Part shown: positions 39,681 to 52,402 of the stretch, piece after piece
Position numbering within the stretch: the first letter of the stretch is position 1
Layout: every line of letters begins with the position of its first letter
From: Camelus dromedarius
Lineage: Eukaryota
Reading direction: 5' to 3'
Assembly: GCF_036321535.1 (NCBI RefSeq)
Contig: NC_087436.1
Span: forward strand, 111,602,001-111,662,000
Length of the DNA: 60,000 bases
The notes under the pieces: generated by a model
Database searches by the model: none
What the model was told of the DNA's origin: nothing
Seen by the model: the letters and a program-made list of their open reading frames with translations, nothing else
Translations under genes and position numbers: made by a program

Positions 39681-41486
39681 TCATGCTGTTCCCAAGGGCA
39701 GATGAATTTACTATAAAAATGGGTCCTGGGACATGAAAACAAGGTCTGCTATTCTAAAATTTAGCTAACAATCCTAATAGATTACAGGTTTAAAGATACT
39801 GACTCTCTTTAACTTCATCTACTTTACATGGGGGTATTAAACTTACTTAGATGGCAGAAAACTTACCCTGTTGATCTTTTCAAATAAATATTTATAAGTT
39901 TATTCTCAGAAAGAAAAAAATTTAAATGTCTATTGGTTTGTATTATCTACAGTTAAATGTATTCTGCAGGTAGTTTAAATTTTCCAACAAGTAATTGTGA
40001 GGCTTAGATATACATTTCTGGTAAGGCCGGGAGATCATTCATGTAAATGAAGAGTCTTGTCTTTGTTGCCTCACTTTCTTATGTCTGCGGAAAAAGGGGA
40101 CTTTCATTAGGGCAAAGTTTTCATTTTGAAAAGATTATTCCATTAAGATTGTTGCATCCGTGGGAGAGTAGATGAGTATCTATTTCTGTACATTAAGATC
40201 CAAATTCCAAGTAAGCAGCCTCCTTGAAACTAACGATGCTATTAACAGGCTCCTCCAGTGTTCGTTCAGCAAGGCAAGTAGGAGTGAGGCTGCATCTTTA
40301 ATTTACTGGGGAATGGAACACCCTTATACGACTATTATTTCTGGAAGTAACCTTTACATTTCTGAATGATCTATTTGTGCAATACGATGGATGTTACAGG
40401 TTTGAGTTACAGGAGGTTAGAAATCACTCATTTCTGTAATCTCTCTGACAGGCTGATTGCAAATGCATTTTTTTTTTTTTGGTTCTTTATTGAACCAAAC
40501 TTGAGGGTTTGCTAATAATCTCATTTTTTAAAATTGCGTTTACATTGACTGAATCTCACTGAATATATTTATTGCAAAAAAGTGTTAATTTGGTCATATT
40601 TATTAGGAATCTGTTATTATTTAGACAAAGCCTGGGTTGAAGTTCATCCTTTAGTAATATCTGAAAGATGGGATTAATAAATCATAAAGTGGTTTGGATC
40701 CAATTTCTAGGAGATTGAACATCTCCTAAAGAACATAATCTACTCTAAATCCTTAGAAACACCTATTTGCCTCCAAACAGCGTAATCAGAGGATGTCTCC
40801 TCCAAAGCTGGTGTTTGGGTGTGCTAATTGTGAAGAATTCTTGCCTTTCAATGAGGAAAGCTTTAATATGCTTGAAAGAAATAAGCCTACAGTTCTATAA
40901 AAATACATAATTTAGACCATTGCTGAATGATCGTTTACGTGAGGGTCAATTCAGGAAAAATAAAATAAAATGTTTACAAGCTATGTTTAATTATTTTCTT
41001 TTTACTTAAGATAGGAGAGATCAATGAGAAAATTGATATTGCTTTTCAGTCACTAAATTATTAATATTAGGGGACTGTGAGCAGTAGCTGTAGGATGTGG
41101 ATTTCTATCTTCTTTATATTTGAGATTTTTTTGAGTTTAATGAGATGTGCTCAGGTAGTATCCTGAATTAGATGCTCACTTTACAGATGGGACAGAGCGG
41201 CTCTCATTTGTCGAGTCGTAGGGAGAGACAGGCAGAGTGCTGGGGTGAAAACAGCCTATTTTATCCAGGGCTACCTGTGCTACAAGCTGGGGTGGACCAG
41301 GCACTATTCTGGACAAAAAGATGCTTTAGACGCATGTGATGCAATCCCTTACCTCCCATTCCTCCATCCTGACCAAGCCCATCTCTAAGTCCAGCTCTAC
41401 TGTTAAATTTTAAGTGAAACTGAGAATGCCCTTTCACTTTCTGAGCTTCAGTTTTCTCGTTCATAAAGGAGAAGCTTAGATTTTAT

Positions 41487-42441
41487 CAGTATTTCCAAAT
41501 CATTCTTCCATGTACTAATTGTAGAATTTTGGCCAACATCCATCAGGATCCTTGGCTTGATAGATCACTATAATTTAATGGACATTGCCTTCCTAAAGTT
41601 ATTATGTAAAGGGAAACTTTCTATTGCTACCTTAAAGGGGAAGCTAGCATTACTTGCCATAGAGGAAATAAACAAAAAATACCATGAAACAAAAAATGAC
41701 AATTAACCCTCACATTTGCAAGTTACCGAATACAAGTTCATATGCCAGATGCATTGGGAGGCCAAAGAAACCAAAATGTCGGAGTTTGGAGCAGAGAGAG
41801 GTTTATTGCAGGACTGAACAAGAGGGACTGGGTGTCTCATGCCAAAGAAAATGGCAAAACCCGGGAGGGTTTTAGCAAAGCATATTTAAAGTCTATGTAG
41901 AGGTGGGTCGCAGGGTACGTGATCAGTTCATGCAAATTCTCTGACTGGTTGATGTTGAGGGAACAGGAAGTCAACACTATAAACCCCTAGGCACCAGAAG
42001 GTTTGGGGGCCACAAGCTTTAGATCATCAAGTAGTTAATTTCTTCCCTTTAGGGGTGGTTTTTAGCATCTGAAAAACTCAAGAAACATACATGAGATAGT
42101 ATTTTATGGGTGCTTCAGAGAGGAGCTTCAGCAGAGAATATGGGCAAAGGGTCTGTCTTGGGAAGCTGCTACAGGGTCCAGCTTGGTTACACTGTTGCCT
42201 GAGTAACACTTTGCCACTGAAGCCTAATGTCTCTTAAAAAGGGATATTGACAAGTGTTAGAAGGTTGGGAAAGACAGCGCCACAGGGAGACTTTCTCCTT
42301 GACAAGATCAAGTGACGAAAGGGAATTGAAAAGGGAAGACCTCTTCCCCTTTGTGACCCAGAGTCACTTAACTCTGTGTCTCTGCAGCACCCAAACATCT
42401 CCACCAGCAGTGACCTGAGTCCTGTGCTTTGAGCAACACTG
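41487..42441. mobile_element. hAT-Charlie MITE (MER113-like), split by a solo LTR
   Basis: TIRs cagtatttccaaa / tttgagcaacactg; internal ggaaactttctat..cttgccata and ctgttgcctg..aaaaagggat..gagactttctccttga. Confidence 0.7.
41721..42191 (-). mobile_element. ERV1-type solo LTR (MER41-like)
   Basis: Terminal inverted gttaccga / ggttaca; AATAAA on the minus strand at 41802-41807; gtcggagtttggagcagaga motif; cleanly interrupts the MITE. Confidence 0.7.
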
Positions 42442-42973
42442 GTGCTAAGTCAATCATTCATCTGATTTTGAAGATCTGAATGGTAGGAATCCAGGAGGGC
42501 CCTATGGCAATCCACGCTTCTCCTTTGCAGCCATCGGATACCAGAGTTCTTTCTCTACTTGAGCCCATCCTGTTCTGGAAGCGCAGCTCAGTGGAAATGG
42601 AGAACAGCTGTTTACCATTTTCTTCCAAAGTCCCCGCTTCTGCTGGAAAACTGTTAGTGAGTTACCTCTTGGACTTAACTTCTCTGAGCCAAATTATGTC
42701 AGTTCTTTAGCTTTCTCCTTGTCCATCCCATTTGTTTGTGGCTCTCTGATTTCCAGTACATTCTACACACATCTCTTGTCTTCTTGAATTCTTCCTAGTC
42801 TCAGGTCACAGTGTGGGAGCTCTTCTGGAGGTCTGGTATATAACCCCTGTCTTATTTTGGAGCACCTTCTCTAAGAGAAGCACTGAAAGGTATATAAGAC
42901 AACGGCTTCTGTCCTGGAACCAGGTTTGCTTGGTTGTCTCTTTCTCCCAGTTCCCTCCTCTAAATCTCTAGGC

Positions 42974-43648
42974 CAGACATGCCAAATAAGCTGTTGGATG
43001 CTGGAGTTGGGACTGTTTGTGTCCAGCCCAATGCTGTCCTAAACGTGGTCCCTGGGCGCACAGCATCAGTTCACCTGGGAACTTGTGAAAAATGCACATT
43101 CTTAGATCCCTCTGACACCCACTGAATCAGAAACTCTGCGTGAAGCCTTAGAGTCTGCTTTAACAAGCTCTCCAGTTGATGCTTAGGTCAGTCAAGTCTG
43201 AGGTTAAACTGGGCCCCGCAGAATCCTTTGGACATTGTGCGTAAAGCTCTGACTTTTCAAAATTAGATGATTTACATAATAATATAACTTTCTAGCTTCC
43301 CTTAAAAATTACATTCTTTGGAAATACTGGGCTTCACCTCCCTCCTGGAATCTACCCTGCCAGTGTTTCCTCTGGTCCTGAGCTCTGATCATCTCCACAT
43401 GTGGGTCCCGTATTAGCTGCCACTTGTCATCAGGCACACGTTATTGCTCTCCTTGTAGTGGAGGTAAGGTGGGTATAAAATACTTCTTGCACATAGGTTG
43501 CTATCAAAAGTAGTCAAATCAATGTTAGACCCAGAGGGCCAGTGAATTAGTAGAAATGAAAAAATGACCTCTTGGTGGAAGTGGTCAGTTTTGCTTTAAT
43601 CACCTGTGTTGCTTTCCTAGCCCTGTAAACATCTGATACTGGATTCCT
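42974..43648. mobile_element. hAT-Charlie element (MER102-like), interrupted by MER5A
   Basis: gatttacataataa..ttctagcttcccttaaaaa..atactgggc; ends gccctgtaaacatctga..cctg. Confidence 0.5.
43029..43211. mobile_element. MER5A MITE
   Basis: gtggtccctgg..cagcatcagttcacctgggaacttgtgaaaaatgca..actgaatcagaaactctg..tttaacaagctctccag. Confidence 0.85.
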
Positions 43649-44069
43649 GCTCTAGATGCTAGATTTTAAAGACTTGTTTGCCTCTTCCAGCTGCAGCTCC
43701 CTCCTTCGACCCTCCACATTGCCTTTCTGACCTCTGATTCCTGCTCACACATTCCTACCTTCCCAAACCCTTGGACCTGGTCTCATCCAACCCACCCTGA
43801 CCCTTTGCTGTCCAACAGCAGCACAGCATCCATGCCACAAATCATTCTCCAATTTATTAACAACCAGTTTGCTCTTAGTTGTGAATGCTGATTTGCTCAG
43901 AATGTGCCGTTCCATGTAGTATAAAGGAGATACCTGGATTTTGGAGATAGCAGAGCTGAGTTTGCTCTCGGGCTCTGAACTTACCGGGGTTGTTCTAAGA
44001 ATTAAGGGAGAAATACATGGCATTCAGTAAACACCATGTAATAGTATTTATAGATAAGAGTTTAGTACT

Positions 44070-44570
44070 TATTTATTTGGTGATCAGGGTAACTATGCAT
44101 TTAACACCTACATTAGACCAAGGCTATGCTGACTAGGCATTATAGCACAAAGATGCAGTGAGGGAGGCAGGTGCGTAAATACTTATAATAAAGGAGTATG
44201 TACAAAGTCCTCTGGGATGAAGGTCAGGAGGATGGTTTGAGAGATTTGGGGGTAGGATTCATGTAGGAGGTGGTAGATTCGCTTGAGAGTCAAGGCTGAA
44301 TAAGAATTTTCTAAGCAGAGAAGAGGATGAAGGGCTCAGAAGGACCACCCTGTGTATAGATACCCAGTGGTAAGAAAGCACTGGGTGTGTCCTAAGAATG
44401 TTCTGAAAATAATGATGACTTCCCTGGTCCTGGAATATACAGTGCATGGAGGAAAAGAGAAAACAAGATGGGAAAGGCAGATTAGAGGGAGCAGGGAAGA
44501 CACGCTCCCAAACCAGAAGAGTTTAGATTTTATCTTGGAGTCAGATTTGTGTTCTGGAAAGGTCACTCTG
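44070..44570 (-). mobile_element. L2 remnant
   Basis: L2-like motifs including ctggaatatacagtgca..gagtttagattttatc. Confidence 0.5.
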
Positions 44571-45239
44571 GCACCTGAGTCACCCAGAAAAGCTTCAATT
44601 AAATTAGGCTCCACTGATTACATGAGGAAAACACAGACACAAGAAAAGAATTTTACAGAAATTCCCATCCAAAATGGCAACGTTTTTCAAAGGACTCAAG
44701 TGTCAGATTTGTTGGAAACTGAAAGAACTTATTCCTCATGCATTTCAGTGAGTTAAGGTTTTGCTGCATCAGACTTTCAGCCAAGTCAATATGTGATTGA
44801 AACTAAAAATTACCAAAGTGCTGAGAGTTGTTGCCTTGGCAACACTGACAAAGGTCCAGTGAAGGATTGTGGGTAACAGGCTGGGCTGTAGGTAAATTAC
44901 TGTTTGGTCTACTTTGGGCCGGTAAGTTAACACCACAGAAAAGCCTAGCTTGGCATTTCCTGACTTGGAAGTGCTTTAATTCGCTCCTTTCGGCAAAGTA
45001 TACCCATGGGTTTTGCTCTGGGTTGGCTCTTTGTGAGGCAGATGTGTGATTCGATGGACTTTGACAGGCCTGCCTAGCCAAAAAAACATCTTGCCAGGCC
45101 CGACATTCCCATTTGGAGATTTTTTTTTCTATTGGTTAACACATCATTTCCAGAAAGCTCTGTCAAAATGTAGATGCATTACTGGAGAAATATGACACAT
45201 GAGGAAAACAGCAGAGAAAAATGCAGGTAATGTGAAAGA

Positions 45240-45470
45240 GAGAAGCTAGGTTGGCATGCAGACAGTCTGGATTCCAGCCCTAAACTAACCCTCACACAGC
45301 CCTCCACCTTGGGCAAGTCAGTTACTATTGCTCTTATTATTAATTAGAATCTTGGTTTCATCATATACACAGATATAATTTATATTTGTTCTCCTCCACT
45401 GGCCAGTTTAAAGGGTCAAATGATGTGGTAAAGGTAAACTATAAAGTGCTATACACAAGATAAGGGGCTA
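45240..45470 (+). mobile_element. MIR remnant
   Basis: cagacagtctggattccagccc..accttgggcaagtcagtta..tcttggtttcatcat. Confidence 0.6.
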
Positions 45471-45885
45471 GTACTGTATTTTAAGTGCTTCTAGGACTGA
45501 GACCCAGGACTTTAATCTTTTGACTGGAGTGAGGAGGGAGCGTATGATGGCTGTAGCATGAGAGACAAGGCTATGACGGAGGTGAGAGGAGGGAGAGGGT
45601 TCCCATGAGGTCACAGCTGGCCTCCCAAGTCTACTTCCATGACACCCCGACCCATATCTCTATCTCAGCTCCCTGCCCTGTAGACCATCCTGTTTCACGT
45701 TCCTGTTCTAAAAAGACTTTTCTCTCTGCCTGGTTTTCCCTGCTTCATCTCATCCACTTGAGTAACTCCCTCTCTTCTTTTAAGATCCACCTGGACAGAT
45801 TAGAAGCTCCCCTCCTAGAGATACAGAAGGTCTTTTATTTATTCCACCATATGCAATTTTCTGCACACATTTATCACTTTGATGG

Positions 45886-46265
45886 TGTCTGGACAATATT
45901 GTGTCCTCCCCAAAACTCATGTATTGAAGGCCTAATCCCTAGTCTGACTGCATTTGGAGAGAGAATTTTAAGGAAGTAATTAAGGTTAGATGAGGTCATA
46001 AGGGTGGGGCCCTAACCCTAAAGGACTGATGTCCTTATAAGAAAAGGAAGAGGCACGGTGAGCACGTACTCAGGAAGGGTCATGTGAAGACACAGAGAGA
46101 ATGTGATTGTCTACAACCTAGGGAGAGAAGCCTCGTCAGACACCAACCATGCTGGCACTTTGGTCTTGGACTTCTAGCCTCCAGAACTGTGAGAAAACAC
46201 ATTTCTGTTCTTTAAGCCACTAAGTCTGTGATATTTTGTTACAGCAGCCTTAGCAAGCTAATACA
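45886..46265 (+). mobile_element. MaLR LTR (MLT1A/B-like) in an L2
   Basis: TG..CA ends; perfect 5-bp TSD gatgg (45881-45885, 46266-46270); gaggtcataagggtggggccctaa..gtccttataagaa. Confidence 0.92.
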
Positions 46266-46461
46266 GATGGTGAAAATCTTAAGGGCAAAGACTAAGGGCA
46301 AAGACGAGGGCCTGCTATACTGTAGGTGCTCGGTACATATTTGTTTAATGAATGGGATGGGATCTCAGTAGGTGGACTGCCAGTCTTGTGACACTCTCCT
46401 CTGAAGAGTGTTTCTCAGTGACTAAGAGAAGGGCTCAGAACAGGACTCTTTTGTAGGGTCC

Positions 46462-46851
46462 TATATAGTTTCATACGGTTGCTGTTTCATTTACCAGAAA
46501 TTTAGAGGTTAAAACAACAGAAATATATTGCCTTAAATTAATCCTTCCTTTCCTCTCCCAGCTTCTGGTGGCTCCAGGCATCCCTTGACTTGTAGCTGCA
46601 AAACTCCAGTCTCTGCCTCTGGCTTCACGTGGCTTCTGCTCTGCTCTGCGGGTTCTCTGCTGCTGTGTCTTCTCTCTCTTTTCTCTTAAAAAACATTTGT
46701 CTTTGGATTCAGCACCTGCCCTAATCCAGGATGATCTCATGTCAAAATCCTTAGCTTAACTACCTCTGCAAAGTCTCTTTTTTCAAATAAATTCACATAC
46801 ACAGGGTCAGTGTGAACATATCTTTTGAGAGACCACTATTCAACTCACACA
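46462..46851 (-). mobile_element. MaLR LTR (MLT1C-like)
   Basis: cagcttctggtggctccaggcatcccttgacttgtagctgca..ctaatccaggatgatctcat..ctgcaaag. Confidence 0.85.
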
Positions 46852-46859
46852 GGTCTGGA

Positions 46860-47220
46860 AATAAAGAATTCATCATGTATACATCATCCTCTGTATCTAT
46901 ATGTGTATCTAAATACATACATACATATATCAGGGGAGATGATGGTGTAAATCTCAGCCCAAGGCTTAGAGAAGATGAACTAAGTGTCCCACCTCATGCA
47001 GAGAGACAAGGGGAAAAAAAGGAGTGAATTCTTCCCTCTCCTACTTTCTGTCCTATTCAGGCCCTCAGTGGATTGGATGATACCTCACACACTGGGGAGG
47101 GTAATTTACTTTAGTGAGTCATTGATTCAAATGTCCACCTCCATCTGGAAATACCATTCCAGACACACCCAGAAATAATGTTTAACCTTGGCACTCCTCG
47201 GCCAGTCAAGTTGAAATACC
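46860..47220 (-). mobile_element. ERVL LTR (MLT2D-like), partial
   Basis: ctattcaggccctcagtggattggatgat..cagacacacccagaaataatgttt..gtcaagttga. Confidence 0.8.
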
Positions 47221-47234
47221 GCAGATGGCCAGGA

Positions 47235-47730
47235 TGACTTTGGTATAACATTTTGGGCTACATGTTTCAAAAGTTAAAAAAAAATTTCCGCATTCTTTGA
47301 TCCAACAATTCCTCAAGTAAGGTAGCCACAAGCATGTGCGTTGCAATTGGAAAAAAAAAAAAAGCAACCTGGAAATCGCTGATATTTCCACTAATTATTT
47401 AAATATACAGTGGCTATCCATAGAAAATCACATTCCAATTAAAAAACAGTGGTATTGTTGAAATGTACTCCTTGACCTGGAGTGATGATAATATATCATT
47501 GGATGAAAAAAGCAGATTAAAAAGTGTGTGTATACTATCATCCAATTTTAGTTAAAGTAATTATTTCTATTTTGCAAAAAAGACAGGGATGTATGTACTC
47601 ATATGTGAACAGCAATTATCTCCATTTGGGGCAATTATTAGTAAGTATTTTTTGCTAGTTTTTAATCTTTGAGCTTTTTATCATGAACACATATTACTTC
47701 CATGATAAAAGAAACTTATCTTAAAATGTG
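47235..47730 (+). mobile_element. Ancient L1ME 3' remnant
   Basis: cattctttgatccaacaattcc..aagcaacctggaaa..gaaaaaagcagatt. Confidence 0.5.
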
Positions 47731-48172
47731 AAAAATGTGGCCTCCTAGAGTTAACTTTTTCTAGACTATGTGTATTAGCTGCTACTACTGTATTTATTTA
47801 AGCATACTGATATCTGATCTAATGCATGGTAATGCTAAAAAATAGCATTTTTAAAACATTTTTTATTGATTTATAATCATTTTACAATGATGTATCAAAT
47901 TCCAGTGTAGAGCACAATTTTTCAGTTATACATGAACATATATATATATTCATTGTCACATTTTTTTCTCTGTGAGCTACCATAAGATCTTGTATATATT
48001 TCCCTGTGCTATACAGTATAATCTTGTTTATCTATTCTACAATTTTGAAACCCTGGCCTGTCCCTTCCCACCCTCCACCCCCTTGGCAACCACAAGTTTG
48101 TATTCTATGTCTATGAGTCTATTTCTGTTTTGTTTGTGGGGTTTTTTTTTGTTTGTTTTTTGCTTTTTTTTT

Positions 48173-51100
48173 TTAGATTCCACATATGAGCGATCTCATA
48201 TGGTATTTTTCTTTCTCTTTCTGGCTTAATTCACTTAGAATGACATTCTCCAGGAGCATCCCTGTTGCTGCAAATGGTGTTATGTTGTCAGTTTTTATGA
48301 CTGAGTAGTATCCCATTGTATAAATATACCACATCTTCTTTATCCAGGCATCCACTGATGGACATTTAGGCTGTCTCCATGTCTTGGCTATTGTAAATAG
48401 TGCTGCTATGAACATTGGGGTGCAGGTGTCATCCTGAAGTAGGGTTCCTTCTGGATATAAGCCCAGGAGCAGGATTCCTGGGTCATACAGTAAGTCTATT
48501 CCTAGTCTTCTGAGGAATCTCCATACTGTTTTCCATAGTGGCTGCACCAAACTGCATTCCCACCAGCAGTGTAGGAGGGTTCTCCTTTCTCCACAGCCTC
48601 TCCAACATTTGTCGTTTGTGGATTTTTGAATGATGGCCATTCTGACTGATGTGAGGTGATACCTCATTGTAGTTTTGATTTGCATTTCTCTGATAATTCG
48701 TGATATTGAGCATTTTTTCATGTGCCTATTGATCATTTGTATGTCTTCCTTGGAGAATTGCTTGTTTAGGTCTTTTGCCCATTTTTTGGATTGGGTTGTT
48801 TGGTTGTTTCTTATTAAGTCGTATGAGCTGCTTATATATTCTGGAGATAAAGCCTTTGTCGGTTTCATTTGCAACAATTTTCTCCCATTCCATAGGTTGC
48901 CTTTCTGTTTTATTTATGGTTTCCTTTGCTGTGCAGAAGCTTGTAAGTTTCATTAGGTCCCATTTGTTTATTCTTGCTTTTATTTCTATTGCTTGAGTAG
49001 ACTGTTCTAGGAGAACATTTTTGGGATGTATGTCAGATACTCTTTTGCCTATATTTTCTTCTAGGAGGTTTATTGTATCTTGTCTTATGTTTAAGTCTTT
49101 GATCCATTTTGAGTTGATTTTTGTATATGGTGTAAGGGAGTGTTCTAGCTTCATTGCTTTACATGCTGCTGTCCAGTTTTCCCAACACCATTTGCTGAAG
49201 AGACTGTCTTTATTCCATTGTATATTCTTGCCTCCTTTGTCAAAGATGAGTTGACCAAAAGTTTGTGGGTTCATTTCTGAGCTCTCTATTCTGTTCCATT
49301 GGTCTATATGTCTGTTTTTGTACCAATACCATGCTGTCTTGATGACTGTAGCTCTACAGTATTGTCTGAAGTCTGGGAGAGTTATTCCTCCAGCCTCTTT
49401 CTTTCTCTTCAGTAGTGCTTTGGCAATTCTAGGTCTCTGATGATTCCATATAAATTTTATTATGATTTGTTCTAGTTCTGTGAAATATGTCCTGAGTAAT
49501 TTGATAGGGATTGCATTAAATCCGTAGATTGCCTTGGGCAGTGTGACCATTTTAACAATATCGATTCTTCCAATCCAAGGGAGTGGGATATCTTTCTAGT
49601 TTTTAAAGTCTTCTTTAATTTCCTTCATCAATGGTTTATAGTTTTCTGTGTATAATTCTTTCACCTCCTTGGTTAGATTTATTCCCAGATATTTTATTAC
49701 TTTGGGTGCTATTTTAAAGGGGATTGTTTCTTTTCTTTCTTTTTCTGTTGATTCCTCATTAGTGTAAAGAAATGCAACTGATTTTTGAACGTTAATCTTG
49801 TAACCTGCTGCCTTGCTAAATTCTTCGAACAGCTCTAGTAGTTTTTGTGTTGACCTTTTAGGGTTTTCTATATATAGTAACATGTCATTGGCATATAGTG
49901 ACACTTTTACTTCTTCTTTTCCAATTTAGATCCCTTTTATTTCTCTCTCTTGCCTGATTACTGTGGCTAGGACTTCCAAGACTATGTTGAATACGAGTGG
50001 TGACAGTGGGCATCCTTGTCTTGTCCCAGATTTTAGTGGGAAGCTTTTGAGTTTTTCAGTGTTGAGTACTATGCTGGCTGTAGATTTGTCGTATATAGCT
50101 TTTATGATGTTGAGATATGTTCCCTCTATACCCACTTTGGTGAGAGTTTTTAATCATAAATGGGTGTTGAATTTTATCAAATTCTTTTTCTACATCGATT
50201 GAGATGATCATGTGGTTTTTGTCCTTTCTCTTGTTGATGTGATGTGTTAGATTGATTGATTTGCATATGTTGAACCATCCTTGTGTCCCTAGGATGAACC
50301 CCACTTGGTCATGATGTATAATCTTTTTTATGTGTTGTTGGATTCTATTTGCTAATATTTTGGTGAGGATTTTGGCGTCTATGTTCATCAGTGATATTGG
50401 CCTATAATTCTCCTTTTTTGTAGTGTCTTTGCCTGGTTTTGGTATCAGGGTGATGGTGGCTTCATAGAATGAGTTTGGGAGTATTCCCTCCTTTTCAATC
50501 TTCTGGAAGAGTTTGAGAAGGACTGGTATGAGTTCTTCTTTGTATGTTTGGTAGAATTCCCCAGTGAAGCCGTCCGGTCCTGGACTTTTATTTGTAGGGA
50601 GGTTTTTTTTTGTTTGTTTGTTTTTTTTAATTGCTATTTTGATTTCATTTCTAGTGGTCGGTTTGTCCAAGTGGTCAGTTTCTTCTTGATTCAGTCTTGG
50701 TGGACAGTATGTTTCCAGAAACTTGTCCATCTCCTCTAGGTTATCCAGTTTGGTTCCATATAGTTTTTCATAGTATTCTCATATGATATTCTGTATTTCT
50801 ATTTTATTTGTTGTAATTTCTCCATTTTCCTTTCTTATTTTGCTAATTTGTGTTCTCTCTTTTTTCTTCTTTGTGAGTTTGGCCAGAGGTTTGTTGATTT
50901 TATTTACTTTTTCAAAACACCAGTTTTTGGTTTGATTGATTTTTTCTATGGTTTTTTAAATCTCTGTTTTATTTATTTCCTCTCTAATCTTTATAATTTC
51001 CTTCCTTCTGCTGCCTTTTGGGGTTTTTTGTTCTTCTTTTTCTAGTTCTTTCAGCTGGTGGGTTAAATTGTTTATTTGAGATTGTTATTCTTTTTTGAGG

Positions 51101-52007
51101 AAGGCCTGTATCACTATAAACTTCCCTCTTAGCACTGCCTTTGCTGTGTCCCATAAATTTTGTGTGGTTGTGCTTTCATTTTCATTTGTCTCAAGGTATT
51201 TTTAAATTTCAGCTTTGATTTCCTCATTGACCCATTGGTTTTTTAATAGCATATTGTTTAATCTCCATGCTTTCCTTTTTTTCTCCTTTGTTTCTCTGTT
51301 GTTGATTTCTAGTTTCATGGCATTGTGGTCAGTAAAGATGCTTGAGACAATTTCTATCTTCTTAACATTGCTGAGGTTTCTTTTGTGCCCAAGTACATGC
51401 TCAATCCTAGAAATGTTCCATGTGCAGTTGAAAAGAATGTATATCCTATTTTTGGGGGGTGTAATGCTCTGAGAATATCCACCAAATCTAATTTTTCTAT
51501 TGTATTATTTAATTTTTCTGTTGCCTTATTTATTTTCTGTCTGGAAGATCTGTCTAGTGATGTTAATGTGGTGTTAAAATCTCCAACTATGATTGTATTC
51601 CCATCAATGTCCCCTTTATCTCTGTTAGTAATTGTTTTATGTATTTTGGTGCTTCTATATTGGGTGCATATATATTAATGAGCGTAATATCCTCATCTTG
51701 TATCACTCCTTTAATCATTATAAAATGTCCTTCTTTATCTTTCTTTATGGCCTTTGTTTTAAAGTCTATTTTGTCTGAAATCAGTACTGCTACACCTGCT
51801 TTTTTGGTTTTTCCATTTGCATGGAATATCCTTTTCCATCCTTTCACTGTCAATCTATATGTGTCCTTCTCCCTAAAGTGGGTTTCTTGTATGCAGCGTA
51901 TTGAAGGTTCTTGCTTTATTATCCAGTCTGCCACTCTGTCTTTTGACTGGAGCATTTAGATAATTTACTTTTACAGTAATTATTGATAGATGTGTGTTTA
52001 TTGCCAT
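48173..52007 (-). pseudogene. L1 ORF2p (endonuclease/reverse transcriptase), disrupted
   Basis: ATG at 52007 (MAINTHLSIIT); EN motifs CIQETH and KKAGVAVLISDK; RT motifs [31 protein letters not shown] and YAND; CWRGC..HCWWEC; broken into several ORF-track fragments by frameshifts and stops. Confidence 0.95.
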
Positions 52008-52402
52008 TTTGAACTTATCTTTGCAGTTAATTTTGTATTTCCTCTTTGTTCCTTTCTTCTGCCTTTTGTGGTCTGGTAATTTTCCTTTGTATTACATGGC
52101 TTTTATTTAGTTTCTGTGACTCTCTTGTAAGTTTTTGGCTTGTGGTTACCCCTTTTTGTAAGTCTATTAGCCCATTACTATAACTGTTTTTATTAAACTG
52201 ATAGTAACATGATCTCAAACCCATCTTACCGAGAACAAAAAATTTTAAAAAGAAAGAAAAAAAAAATTCTATATTTTCCTGCCTCCCTCTCCCAATGATT
52301 TAGATGTCTTCTTTTACAATTTCATGTTTATTTGTAATTCATGTGTTATCACCTTTCCAGTTGTGAGTCTCTCATTTCTGTAGCACCCTGCTTCTTTTCT
52401 AT

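Noticed and set aside
40708..40728. 8-bp stem hairpin taggagat/atctccta
   Set aside because: Chance-level in 60 kb.
46280..46306. 13-bp tandem duplication taagggcaaagac
   Set aside because: Ordinary slippage duplication; two copies only, not an array.
21228..47850. Inversion of the segment between the two inverted L1s
   Set aside because: Each L1 retains its own matching TSD pair and the host MIR is contiguous across the first copy; a crossover would have swapped the flanks.
48173..52007. Novel reverse-transcriptase system (retron/DGR/CRISPR-associated)
   Set aside because: The RT is a standard LINE-1 ORF2 in canonical ORF1-ORF2 context; there are no repeat-spacer arrays or prokaryotic features in the window.
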